This document shows, one piece after another, positions 11,901 to 25,019 of a DNA stretch of 64,000 bases. The DNA comes from Tubiluchus corallicola (Eukaryota; Animalia; Priapulida). The stretch is taken from NCBI GenBank assembly GCA_030141605.1, contig JAQGDQ010000268.1, positions 205,305 to 269,304 of the forward strand, given 5' to 3'. Within the stretch, counting starts at the first letter, position 1, and each line of letters opens with the position of its first letter. The translations under genes and the position numbers were made by a program. The notes beneath the pieces are model-generated. The model was not told the origin of the DNA, ran no database searches, and saw only the letters and a program-made list of their open reading frames with translations.

Positions 11901-14598
11901 AGCCAGAATCGGTATGGCAAATGAAGCTGCCCGGCCCCAGAGCGAGTATTGAACTCAAATAGTCATGCGTCATTCGTCTTAATATTGCTGCTGTCATATT
12001 GTTAACCTACATGAATGTTGTAAATGTCTAACATCTGAATTGATTTATTTTTTAGTATAATAAGCAGCATATAATACCACTGGAACAAGTACGATTGCGA
12101 GCTATTGACGACGATCCTGCAAAACCTGGTGGGCTGATTAAACCATTTGTATTTATTTAGCTCTTGCCTGGGATACTGGCATGCAAAAATGCAGTTCCCT
12201 CTGTCTTCAAATGTTTATTGCTATGGATTTTTGTCTCACGTAGTAATTACATTAAGTACACTATTAATGTTTCTGTATTAATGTTCTGCTTTACTCCACA
12301 ACGCCAATAATTTAAAAGATGTCGCATGTATTTTTGATACAAGAAAATGCCCAATTGGCAACAGTATTTTTACATTACTTTAATTTACCTAGTAAGTTCT
12401 AGGAAAGCATATAGTATAAAATGTAAGCATAATGTGCTATTTTATACTAGTTTTTTGTTAGTATTGAAACATTAGCTACAATATGAGTCTTATTCCTGGG
12501 CTTGATGGATTGACAACTATTAAGTGCTTCAAAGAACTGAATAATACCCAAAGTTAGAGAAAGTTTAAAATATGTCTGTAGTTATTTTTGTCTACTTGCA
12601 TGTTGAGTTTGTAGTGTAGGCACAACACACGGTACTTATTAAACTTTTGCTTCTACTACGAAAGGCACAAATTCTAATAAATGGAAGCATTGTCTTGAAA
12701 TTGTATGCATGTATAAAATAATTTTAAATCAGTAGTTAATTGTTTTTTAAATGCAACTTTTTCTTTTTCTAGAATTGCGGAACGGTTGGTATATTGAAAG
12801 TGCCAGTAAGTCGTTTGCCGTGTATGCAGCCACGGCAACGGAAAAGTCAGAGTGGATGGCTCACATTAACAAGTGTGTTACTGATGTGATTGCTAGGGGT
12901 ATGTGTAAACATATGTTTTGTTGTATTTTTCAGAAACATAAATACAATGCTCTTCAGGTGTGTCCAGTCTTGTAGTGATCACCTTTCATAAGACAGGTTG
13001 TCATTTAAGAAAAAAAATTCTCGAGTGATGTACTTTTGCTGCAGTACTATCTACTCGTGTGCAGTTCTGCTTTTCATAATAATTTCATAATAATATTAAT
13101 AATAATAATAATAAAGCTTCAAAACTTCAAACTTTAAACTTTTGTTCAGATTACACATAACATTAGCAAAAGCTACAAAAACATTTTGAGCTTAATTGGG
13201 ATAAATAAGGTCACCAACAAAAATGTTCATTCCTTTATTAAAATTGGTATTAGCAGATGTTTTAAGGCTCTGTTTGCCTCATCATGGTTGCACAATGACT
13301 CTTATTTATAGTAAAGGTAGGGTTACCAAAGCCTAAAATCCTTGTATTAGTGCTGCCTAAATATTCCACATAGTCTTTATTATGTGTTAATCATTGGAGC
13401 TGGCAGGGCTGGGTTGCATTAAAATATGTGCTAATTTGGTTTGTAATAAATAGTGGCATTTCTTAAAGTATATTTTGACAACGAAAAGATAGCTATTCTA
13501 GCTTATTCACAGAATTTCGAATAAGTTTACTTCCAGCTACGTAAGTGTCAGTAAAGTATATCAGGAGTAAAAAATGTTCAAAAAAGCTTTTGGCGTGTTA
13601 GAGGTTGGCTCCATATGAGGTGGTCCCATAATTTCGTTAGCCTAGTGGCCCCAGAAGGTCATAATCTGGCCCTAGGAGCTGCTAATAACTTTTGCTGTAG
13701 TTCATGTAAACAGAATATACTGTTACCTGCTTGGTTTCTCTAATGAACACAGTAATTATTGGTGCAGGTACATTTCATTCTCTTTTTGTGTAACCTCTTT
13801 TTCAGAAAATCAACTGCTGATTCTAATCCAGCTCTTGTGACAATTACACATATTTCTGTCTACAACAAATTGTTCATCGTATGTGAATATTTAATGTCAC
13901 TTCAAATTGGTTAAATCTGTATGATACTTTTTTACTTCAAAAATGTACTTTCTCTGTTTCAGATGGGAGGAAAAGACCAGATGCTGAAGCTCCTATATGG
14001 GTACCAGATAGCGATGCGACGGTGTGTATGCTGTGTAATAAATCTGCGTTTACTGTCATTAATAGACGGGTGAGTACTCTGCTATCTGAACTGTCAGTAA
14101 CCAGAAAAATTTCCATAATGTATTTTTACATTGAACTACAGGGTGAACATTATTCCACATATTTTTTACATCACCTACTCAGGCATTCGTGCCTACTCCA
14201 AAAAAATCAGTAAAATTTAAATGCCTAATTTGGTTTTATGAGTGTATTTTTGGATTACTTTGCTTGCGTGTAAGTCCATAGAGCCATCCATTTCGCTGTT
14301 TTTTTTTTGTTCATGTAATTCAAAAGTAATGCCATTTGCCATTTACTCGTTATTCAACAATGTGTACTTAAATTTTCTCAAATATAAATTCTGTGGACGG
14401 CAACTGTGAATGCATGTCTATAATCTGCATCTGCTCTAATATCTAATCTTAAGTATTGTTTCAGTAGGAAGAATTCTTTGAGCAGATGATATTGACAATG
14501 GCACAAACTGAATACTAATTAGACGCAAATGCTTTTAATACTTTATTAATGAATTAAGGACAAAGCTTAAATAAGCAATTAAGTAATGACCAGAATGA

Positions 14599-14656
<58 letters not shown>

Positions 14657-17465
14657 AAGAGACAATAAGATTATTCCCATATTTTGATGTGTGTTCCCCA
14701 ATTTATTATTTTAAATTTGTAATTTTACTGTATTACTGTATTTTGCAAGTGTGCAGTAATATATCAAATATGGTACCAGTGGAAAGCTAAGAATACTTGG
14801 TCAGTTCCTGTGTGTTCAGCTGCATGCTAAATCAGCTCTACTCATTTACATGGCATTACATGACAAAGTGGAATGTTGATTGGATTAAGCTAAAAATTGA
14901 AAAACATATAGAATATTACTGTGGTGTATAATAATTACTTCAGTCATTTTAGAAACATTTTAATTACTATAATTAACTGTGGCGAGTTTGTTTTTCCAGC
15001 ATCACTGTCGGCATTGTGGCAAAGTCGTCTGTGGAAATTGTTCCAACAAAAAATTTCTGCTGCCGGAACAGTCGTCGAAACCGCTTAGGGTTTGCTCCAC
15101 CTGCTATGATGATTTGACGTCTGGAAAAGCTACAGAAAAGCCCCCTGTTGTTGAATCCGCTCCAAAAAGTAGGTGGTACTTAGGTAAATAAACAAACGAT
15201 TCAAGCTCAAATAAGCTAGTCTCAGTGAGACTCAGACACTGTACATTAAAAAAACCCTTGCCATGCCTCAGCCCAGAAAGCTTTGGTAGTTAAGTAACAA
15301 TGACTTTTATGTGTGTTTGGAGTGGTGGTCATCATGTATATTGTAAAACGAATGCTGCTATTTTAAAATTTCATTTCTGCATTGGGGACTGAAAAGATCA
15401 AGTAGATTGAGTGAGGGGTAATTGATGGTCATTCATATTTATAGGCATTACTATTCATGGCTTCAGAGCAACAGCTTGTTCACTGAAATGGCATTGAGAT
15501 CTACTCAAAATGTATATCAAAGATAATGTACAAATTAGGAGTGGGCATTTCGAAAAATTTATTATTTGAATAATTGAATATTCACCCCTGGGATATTTTC
15601 TTTTCATGCTGGTCACAGTGACTACATGTAGCCTACCCGTAGAAATAGATAAAACATATGTACAGCTGTGTTGAGTTAATTCTTCCAAGAAACAGTAACT
15701 ACTGATTGTGCATGCTAATTGCTGAGCTGTAATGATGAATTTTCCTGCATCCACAAGCTCTTTTTTTGGACTGAAATGTAGCAGCAATTACTACATTATG
15801 AACTTGTTAATGAGCCTTGCACATAAATGATTTAACATAGAACTTGTTGATTTTTGGCAACTTGATTGGTTTTTCATAACAAACATTTTACAGTATTTCA
15901 ATTAATTTTTTTTAAATGTTTCCATACCAAGCTCTTTAATGCCATAGTGACAACTTAGTATATACAGCATACCTGACATTCCAGTGAATTTGTCGTGCTC
16001 TGAGCAAACAGTGGAGTGTGTGTTTTTTTGCCTTGCAATAGCAATGGCTGCAAATTATTTTTATTGAGACAATATGTTGGCTCTATCCTAAGCTTTTTTT
16101 GTTTCTGTAAATGAGTGGATGACATTCAGTACATGGTGTACATAAGATAATCAAATAGTATTTCATTATTTGAATAGTAAAAAATATTCGATGCTTCAAA
16201 TAATCGAATATTCATGCACATCTGCAATTGATATAAATTCAGTATAGATTACTAGCTATACTTTAATAAACGTAAAGAACAAAATTAGGCTATTAGATTC
16301 GTCATATTTAAATTTTTTTGCTTTTTGTTTGTTTTTAGTAAGCTAGGGATCACATCACTAGATACGTGACATCACTAAAAAAAGCTTGGTTTGTCTCTTA
16401 TGTACTGTGAAACACTTATTTTTATTTTATTTTCACTTATTTTGTGTTCCCACGTTCATTTTTGTACAAAAAATATGTTTCATGTGAAAACGAAAGTTTG
16501 GCGATAATTAAGTTCTTCCAAATACGACTGCAATCGTACTCCTACACATATGTAGCACCTTCATTGTACATGCTCACACAGCTGCAGCTAGAAGAGGACA
16601 CTTCTAATTTTTGCACCTCTAACTGACATGACTGACCCTGTCACTACATGCGCACGAAAGCAGGTCATTGCTGCTGCCTGCACGGGATTGTTTACTGTTA
16701 AAAATAAGAATTAACTCATTACAATAAGGAACGTCAGTTTTACGGAACGATTGCCAGCCTATTTGTTACAACTCCCTTCAACTTTTCACTGAGTCAGTTA
16801 ATTGTGTAAGCTAATTGCGATGCTTGAAAATTGCAGAATACAAATGTGTAAAAATTTAATTTTGCCAAAGTAAATTATTTTACAGTATATAGTTTCAGAC
16901 ACCTTGCATCATGAAGTCACTCTTTTATACGTAAGTTGCTTTTTTTAAGATAAACTGGCTTTTATGCAAGGTGCATCACCTACCGAAGAGTTGCCGTCGA
17001 ATGCAGCGGAAGCCACGTTGAATAACCAAGACACATCCGGTGATGATTCAGATTCTGATGATGATATAGAGGGAGCTCCCAAGTCAGAGCCGACAAAAAC
17101 CGAATATGAGGTACAACTACTTTTCTGATGATATCAGATATTTTAGTGACATTGACAAGGCGGATGGATAACATAACAGTAATAAACAGATTTTTTTAAC
17201 GTGATTCAACTAAATAGACAGACTGGCCAAAAGTAAGGCAGATGCTGCTTCAAGTAAATTTAAGGAAAAATCTTCTTTATTTGATTCTCAAAAAAATCAA
17301 ACTTTCGGATAAAATATTGCAGTACAAAACCCAAATATCAATGTTCACGTGCAGTAATGTTTTCTGTTTCAGCCTACTGTGTTTTTTGCCGAAACTTCAC
17401 AAAGTGGCGATGTACCCAAACTGGACCAAGATAAATCAGACAATACAGAGATGAATTCAAATTAA
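5930..17465 (+). CDS. PLEKHF2: Phafin (PH + FYVE domain protein, PLEKHF1/2 family), about 308 aa, 9 exons
   Basis: Exons 5930-5945 (MVDKL), 10102-10166, 11418-11555 ([33 protein letters not shown]), 12056-12128, 12773-12898 (NGW..KSFAVYAATATEKSEWM), 13963-14069 (WVPD..C..C), 15000-15168 (HHCRHCG, FYVE), 16971 or 16950-17110 (DDSDSDDD acidic tail), 17373-17465. All introns are GT-AG with consistent phases. Confidence 0.93.
8836..9197. mobile_element. hAT-family MITE
   Basis: Perfect 14-bp TIR CAGGGCCTATTTCA / TGAAATAGGCCCTG, perfect 8-bp TSD TATACATC (8828-8835, 9198-9205), and internal repeats of GAGGCCCCGGGGAAGT. Confidence 0.9.
9557..9682. repeat. 21-bp minisatellite, 6 copies
   Basis: GTGARCTACAGTTTTACTGCA repeated six times head-to-tail with few substitutions. 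Confidence 0.95.
14597..14663. repeat. (GA)n/(GACA)n microsatellite
   Basis: A long GA run followed by GACA repeats in PLEKHF intron 6. Confidence 0.95.
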
Positions 17466-17510
17466 AAACATCTGTTTTCTCTTTTGTTCACCTAAATTTT
17501 CGGCCAAAGG

Positions 17511-17675
17511 CTAGTGCACCTTTATGCCTCCATTTTTACGAAAATTGTAGCTCTAGTGCACCTTTATGCCTTCATTTTTACAAAAATTGTAGTGCTAGTG
17601 CACCTTTTGCCTCTATGTTTACAAAAATTGTAACGCTAGTGCATTGACAAGCTTCCATTTTTACAAAAGTTGTGA
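17511..17675. repeat. About 42-bp tandem repeat, 4 copies, in the PLEKHF 3' UTR
   Basis: Unit CTAGTGCACCTTTATGCCTYCATTTTTACRAAAATTGTAG, repeated about four times with progressive divergence. Confidence 0.9.
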
Positions 17676-19393
17676 AAACTTACCTTCTGTTATTCATGCG
17701 ACCAGTAATGATGACCGGCATTGGTTTTATGATCTAGCTTAATATCCGTTTGACAGTAGGACACTTGATCAGATGTGTTATTTGATAAGCTGCCTTTGCC
17801 AACACTTCTGGTAGGCATTACAGGCATCCATGTTCCAAATGATGGTTTAGCATTTTGGGCTTTCTATGGCATGTTCTTAGAGACTGTAGTTTGCTCTGAA
17901 ATACCTAAAATTAAGATTCATATTAATTTATTAAGATTCTGCCTGACCGAAGTTTAAAATTTTTCAGAAGATACCTGTATGCAGATTAGTTTCGCATATT
18001 TCATTGCTAAAAGGGTAAAATAATTAAACTAAGAGAATCGCAATTCTTCTTTCACAAATTCATCTAAAATAATGCAATATTGCATTTAAATGTTCCAAAT
18101 AAAAAACTGTTTCTTGGACAATGAAACATGTCAGAAATTTATTTCCACATTGCATGCTCAGGGGGCACTACTGCTGATTCACGACTTGCTTTTATAAGCA
18201 CATGAGAGAATTTCTTATAAAATCGATAAGACAGAACTGTATGGAAAGTTTGTGATACTTACAAACAAATCGTGTGTGTAAATTAAATAAAATGAGGTTA
18301 CTTATAGTTGTTGAGTTTGACAATTATTTTAGAATGTTTGATTCAATTTGATTTGAAGTTGTGTTTATGAGAGTAGTAATTTTGTTTATTTTGATAAAAC
18401 TTTGACATTTGGGGCCTTTTTGCTGAATATTATAGCATATGTAGTGTGATTAACAAGCTGTTGTTGGGCGTGTTAAAACTCCTTTGGTAGTTTATTCATT
18501 GTCTGATTGCTTACTGTTAAAATTAGTAACTTTGGAAATAGAAATCGAGAATAATGTTAAACTAATTGAAATGTAATGTATCAAAATGATTTTATTGTCT
18601 TTTGTAGTGAACAACAACAATTTTGGAGTTGAACTGACACTTTTTGGCATGTTATACAGAACCTTTTTTTGGCTTTTTAAATGTATCTTTTAATGGTATT
18701 TTTGTTATTAGCAAATGTTTGACTTTGATTACTGTTATCCTGTGTCTTGAGAAGAGGGTTTTTTTATATAAACAAATTGGACAATAACTTTCTTAAATAC
18801 ACAGCATTCTCCTTTGATTCTGCAGTTTTTCTCATTATATTTTAGGCATGGCATTTTTGAATCAAACTTTTATTTAGCTATTGAATAAACATAGAAAAAT
18901 AAAAAAGTTTATAATCCAAATGGATTGTACCATATTTACTTTAGTTTTCATGATTGACGTAAAATAAATAACCATAACAAGAATTAAATTAGGTAAAGAA
19001 TATGTAGTTAAAAGGTCAAAAGCTTGTATTTGTCAGAGGCCCAGAGCAGATGCAGACATAGAGGCCAGGTAACTAATGAGAAGAAAGATGCCGACCTACA
19101 GATAAAGACAATGAAGATGGATCATAAAAGTGAAATATGTTCAGTTCAATTTAGTTTATTCACTCAAATACGTGAAGAGTACATGCTTGGCAAAATGAGT
19201 ATAACTATTTATATAAGTGCTTCGATAAATAAACACGTGTAATAATTAGTAACTAAACTTTATACCAGAAATTGTTTATATTTTATATATTTACAGTAGA
19301 GAAAATTTGATTCACTTATCATGCAAGAATTGATCAGCAAAAACAATCATGCCATGTGTACAACGAGAGCTACAGTGTACAACTGAGGACAGT

Positions 19394-20516
19394 ATTACAC
19401 CTTTGTTTAAAAAAGAAAAAAAAATTGTGCAGAATTATAGGCCTGTCAGCTTAACATCTCATATCAGCAAGGTGATGGAATCTATTATAAAAGAACACGC
19501 CATTGAACACTTGGGGGAAAAGGCACTCAGCTAGTTAATAAACCAGTTATTTAGATTTTAGCAAAACATTTGATAGATTACCCACAAATGTCTGCTGTTG
19601 AAGTTGAGAATGCATTGGTGGACGGGTGTTGAAATGGGTTGAGCGGTTGTTCTGTGGAAGAAGACAACGAGTGGTTGTAAACGGAAATATGTCTTCATGG
19701 GGTGAAGTTCTGTACTCGAACCTGTTTTGTTTTTAATTTACATGACATCGATGACAACATTTCCAGTGTTATTCTAAAATTTGCTGATGGCACCAAGATT
19801 TTTGGAGCAGTGGGTAGTTCTCAAGAAGCCTTTACTATATAAGAAGACTTGAGCAAAACATGTGAGTGGTCACTTGATGAGCATATACTGTTTAATGCGG
19901 AGAAGTGTGAATGTATCCATTTTGGTTTTATATGTGAGACTGGACTACTACTGAGGTTAGAGATTTGGGAGTAGCGGTGAGTGTGTGTTAGCAGTCAGGA
20001 AGGTAACAGAACATTGGGCATGATAAAAAGATCTTTTGTTAATAAAGACAAAGATGTAATTGTAAAACTGCACAAAATTTATTTACACTGCACTTGGATT
20101 ACTGCATGGAGGCCCTATAATAATTATGGTGAAACATTAGATTGCTTGAAGGTGTACAAATGAAAGAGAGCTGTAAGCTTGACCGAGTATCCTAGTTTTA
20201 CAGAGTTACTATATGAAGAGAAACTGAAAAGCTGCAGTTAAATGCCCCTAGAACACTATCGACTGAGAGCTGATCTGATTGAAGTTTTTTAGAATTGTGA
20301 ATGGACTTGAGGGTCTAGAATGCAATGACTTTTTTATTGTTTGTGATGACTGAAGAACAAGAGATCACTCCAAAAAAATTAGCGAAGAGAAGGTCTAGAC
20401 TTGATCTTAGGAAATACAGTTTCAACCAAAGGGTAATTAATACTAACTGGTTGATGGTGAAGCAGTGTAATCTACCAGCTTCAAAGAGTCACTTGGAAGA
20501 GTGGTTGGAAAATAGC
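19394..20516 (+). mobile_element. Degenerate CR1-clade LINE reverse transcriptase region
   Basis: Fragments read ITPLFKK..NYRPVSLTSHISKVMESII, LDFSKTFD, LKFADGTKIF, RLRADLIEVF and RSRLDLRKYSFNQRVIN, with many frameshifts and stops. Confidence 0.9.
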
Positions 20517-20678
20517 CATCACCCAATGTTGTTGTTTGCAAAATTCGACAATAAATAAATTTTTTACTACCACTACTATTAAGATTGGGGGGCACAAACA
20601 AGGTTGTCCAAGTTAATATCGCCACCGATTACATCACCATGTTGTGGTCGTCAGTAAGTAAATTTTCATTGATTTCCT

Positions 20679-20854
20679 CCGCTAGATGGCAAATAATCCC
20701 GAACCTGTCATGTGATCTCTCGACATTTCACATTTTACCGGCCATGTTGCTTTGTTGAGTTTCAGGAATCAGCTATTCGAATTAAATTGAAATTGGATTG
20801 TTACACGTGTGGCAGACGACCTGCTCAGCAGTATAAAAGATATTTTTTTCATTG
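20679..20854 (+). promoter_or_regulatory. Putative promoter and non-coding first exon upstream of RBM25
   Basis: CTCF-like CCGCTAGATGGCA (20679-20691), E-box TCATGTGA (20708-20715), YY1-like GCCATGTT (about 20741), then a strong donor TTG|GTAAGT at 20854/20855. A matching acceptor ttgttttcttatgcag| lies at 24971. Confidence 0.55.
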
Positions 20855-21650
20855 GTAAGTTTAAGTTAGATGCTTAACACAGAGTTTATTTTATTATTAA
20901 AATGAAAGCAAGTATTAGTAAGTGAAAGAATAGGAACATGTGGGCGCGATGTACGTATGAAATTTTATCAGCGGTATGTACCATCGCAGTTCATATTTTC
21001 GTTGATACATGGAATCACAGGAAAAAAATAGTGGTTTATAAATATATTTCAGCCACGATATTATGCACAAAGTGATTCTTGACTTTAATCTCGTGTTGTG
21101 GGTCCTTGGAATTCATTTAATAGTAAAACAGTTGACGCATCAAATCTGCCGCAATTTCGCAAATCGTTGTGGAGAGACCGTCAGTAATCTTGTTATGTTA
21201 GGTCTCATGCCAGCAAGTGTGCATTTCACGCACTCGTTATGTTGAAGCTGACAAGTCTTAGGAGAGTTCTTTCATATTTTAAAATTTTCATTACAACAGA
21301 GTGTATACAACACTCTGGTGAGTTACAAATATATAGCCAAGTAGCAGACGTGAAATAAGGGTACTTGTAAGCTGCTGTCAGAGTGAAAAAGTGAAAAAAG
21401 AAAAAAACGACAAAGTGTAAGTATTAAATGAGTGATGGAAGACGAAGGTGATGGTGATGATGCTGATTTATGAGAACGTGATACGCAATACTTTATGCTG
21501 AAGGTCGACCATGTCCATGACCATCATGTGAAGGCTAATTTTTTGGAAGAGTCACAGTAAATAAAGTGCGTTAAAATTATGTCATTTTGCCTACCATATT
21601 GCCTCCCAACTTTAAATTATGTTGCGTGTGTTGATTTTAAAACAAAATTA

Positions 21651-22147
21651 CTATATTTATTCGAGTATAACGCGCACCCCTAATTTTCGTATAAAATTTT
21701 GTTTCACTTTTTCTCGACTCAGACCAAGCATTGTAAGTGACAAACGTTGTTGAACATGTGCGTTGTTGAACAACTCCAGTCTCTAACATTCGTCTCTGGT
21801 ACAGTGAATTCTCGGCTAGCTGCTGGATTTCCGTGGGCCAGGCTCCGTCTGGACGTTGCACCGTCTGACAAAGTCTGCTGATGAGGCAAATATTATTGAT
21901 TATTTCCTTAGCTAGGCCTGGCCTCTTCAGTGAGTGTTGGGCATAGGCGCTTTGTGGGTCGAGAGATGTGGCTGCATTCAATATTTTGCGATTGTGGTCA
22001 GCGATATCTTCGACTAATGAGTCATTGCACAAATAATATATTGATACATCTGAGCGTGTCATCCCAGCCCTCGTTTATAACGCGCACCCAAACTTTGAGT
22101 TCTTTTTTAGGTAGAAAATTTTGCGCGTTATACTCGAATAAATACGG
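21651..22147. mobile_element. Tc1/mariner-pogo MITE
   Basis: TIR CTATATTTATTCGAGTATAACGCGCA / TGCGCGTTATACTCGAATAAATACGG, flanked by TA on both sides. Confidence 0.85.
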
Positions 22148-22596
22148 TACTGTAAAAGCCTTTTGGTATTTCACATTTACCGATCATTTGGTAGGCTATT
22201 CAATAAGCATGATAATTTGGGTTTATATGACTTTGTGCGAATGGAAGGCAAGTCCAACTTTGTAGGCATATGTAACATACAGATTCAAAAACGTTGCCTG
22301 TAAATTTAGTATTAGGCTACCTGGGTTAGGCTATTGTTTTTAGCAGGGCTTTTAGCAGTGTGGGTTTCCTCACATATTGTGGCATGATCACATGGATGTC
22401 TTTCAAATATATGGCCTCAGTAACCTATTGGTCCTGTATATGAGCTCTATGAGCAACACTCGTCAGAATGTGACTTAACCAGACAGATTCTTGGGGTTGC
22501 CAACTAAAATGCTTTGAATGTAGTATTATAATTTTCAGTTAAAATTTTAAATTAAAACTTGAATTGCATCGATCTTCAATATTCTTGGGTAAGGAT

Positions 22597-23381
22597 TAGT
22601 GATGTGCATCATTTTTCTAAGAAAAGGATGATAATAAAAATTAACTCGACTTAATTCGATCAATCGTTTTCAATTTAATCGGCACTTTTAAAGCAAAAGT
22701 CTAGTTGTGTTTTTTGTATAAACATATTTATTAATCTCAGAATTAACAATAAAGCATTACAGATAAATAACTAAAGTTTCTTCTCCTCTTCAAATGTATA
22801 CTTTGGCTAAGTAAAATTGTCGACTGCCTTTACACTTGGGTCTGGTAATGGCAGATGTACATAGAGACAGCTGGAAAATAGTAAATAGCATTCAAAAATT
22901 GAAAAAATGCATAGTATCTAAAATTGTGCAGAAAGTTAAAGTTTGAAGCTACCACAAGTCTTACGGCACGTACCTCATGCTGTTTTCATTCTTGCGCCGC
23001 TATTCTGCTCGATTCATATCAAATTCTCAATACATGCGAGCACTATGCAGTGTAGTACAGTAGTGAGTTAGGCCTACTGCATTATGGGCGGGCAGAGTCG
23101 CTACTTACTGTGCCGGTTCTCAATAATTGTGCCTGTTCTCAGTAATCACGAAATGTATATAGTATACATTAGCAGAGTAAAGCCAGCAATCAGTCGGCAG
23201 CTTTGCGGCAGACAAACAAACAATCTAAAATGTTGCACGGGGAGGTTGTAACTTTAGTCGGTTAGCTGGTTAATTATTGCTGTCAGCAAATCAACTGATG
23301 ACAAAAAGCACTTGGTAGATTTGTAACTATTAAAGAAAAAAATCGAGTTTCGAGTTTTTATCGATTAACCGCACATCCCTA
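22597..23381. mobile_element. hAT-like MITE
   Basis: TIR TAGTGATGTGC / GCACATCCCTA with a degenerate 8-bp TSD GTAAGGAT / GTTAGTAT and subterminal ATCGA repeats. Confidence 0.65.
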
Positions 23382-25019
23382 GTTAGTATCCTAACCAAAA
23401 CTACATGTCCACTCACCAAGAACCACCTAAGCTGCAGTGTGGAAATACTTTAAAATTGTTAGAGCTTTAATGTGTATTTAAGTGAAAGTTATTCTTGCAT
23501 TTTTTGGACATTAAATTAAATATTAAATTAATAGCTATTGTTATCTTTCCGAATTATGTAATGCTGTTTATTTGCAAGAATTTAAATATGTGTTATGACT
23601 TTGTTTGTTGTGGTAGCTGATAATAGTCAAATAAATGTAAATAAAAATCTGCCTTAAATATTATTTTCAAAATTTAGCCATTAGACTGTTTTTACTTAGT
23701 GGCTTTTTATCTGCACAGTAGGATATCACAAAAATGATCTAGTCTTAGATAAGCTAGATATTGCAAAAATTTAGAATAGTTTGTAGCAAAAGGGTGGGTT
23801 ACAGTTAAAATTGGAGACTATTTTAAAATTTTCATTTGCTGATTCGAAAGGCAGTTGAGAAACTAGATCTGTTTTGCACGAAGAGTTTGATTGTGAATGG
23901 TTATATCCATGATGGAAGTGTGACAGTTGTAAGGTTCATACATGTAACATTAAGCATTTCACAGAAACCACATTCTAATGTTCAGATTGTCTTGTGAGGT
24001 CAGGCTGCGTGTAGCATAACACATATTTTTGTGTCAGACCTGCTGAAATTTTAATGTACATTTTAACTCCAGGTTCTGCTATAAAAACTACTGATGTGAA
24101 TTTATCAAGCCTGTTAGTGTTTTAAATCGTATTTTGTAGTATTTTAGTAGGGCATGATTGTTGAATTTTTAGCAAAGATAAAACTCGTGTTAGTTGACAG
24201 TACAGCTAAAATAATGTACGAAACTTAATGAAAGAGATTTTTTAAATTGTCAATTATAAGTTACATGGACATAGTGCTATACAATGCATAGTTACAACGT
24301 ACTAGTTTCTTATTTTAAATAAGTATCCACTTAATTTTAATTTTACTGTTGCTTAAGTGCTACACTCCATTAGGTTGCTCCACTATCATACTTGTAAATA
24401 GCAATTTAAATCAAATAGCCCCGTATTGCAACATAGTCCAAGAGATTTCCAATTAAATAAATAAAATTTTCTTACAAAATTTCTTAATACACTGATTTTA
24501 TTTAAAAGTGTACTTATTGTTAGTGTTAGAATTTGAGTATTAAGGCATTCTAGCAATATTTCCTGAGACAGAAATATCTGATGCAAAGTCAGTGAAAGTT
24601 TGCATATTTGTGTTACATCAGTCATGAGATACAGCATTCAGAATTCACCAGTGTCTCAGGATTTTTAAATAACAGGAAGTGCACACTAGTGCATTATGTC
24701 ATTCTTTAATGTCAAACAAGTCTTTTCAGTTTCAGTAGTTTTAGCATTTCAGCAGTGCCAGTCCCAGCGGTACTCAATCAAATTTCTATTATCAAACATT
24801 TTCTATGGCCACGAATCATTGTTAGGCCATTGTCATCATTAGGATTATCATCATTAAGTTAGAGAACATAATTTATCTGAATGCATGCCAAATTAGTAGT
24901 GTATAAGTCACAGACTAACACAAGTCGCTTATAGCTTTTGTTAGTGACAAAATATTTGTTTTCTTATGCAGACCATTCCGAATAAAATCTTAATAAAGCA
25001 GCACAGAAGAAAGCCTACG

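Noticed and set aside
21637-22265. ORFs of 141 aa and 111 aa
   Set aside because: They overlap a MITE, show no transposase or other recognisable motifs, and are probably spurious.
24966-25019. 18-aa N-terminal extension of RBM25 in the ORF track
   Set aside because: The ATG at 24966 lies inside the splice acceptor (ttATGcag|); the conserved N-terminus starts at 25020.
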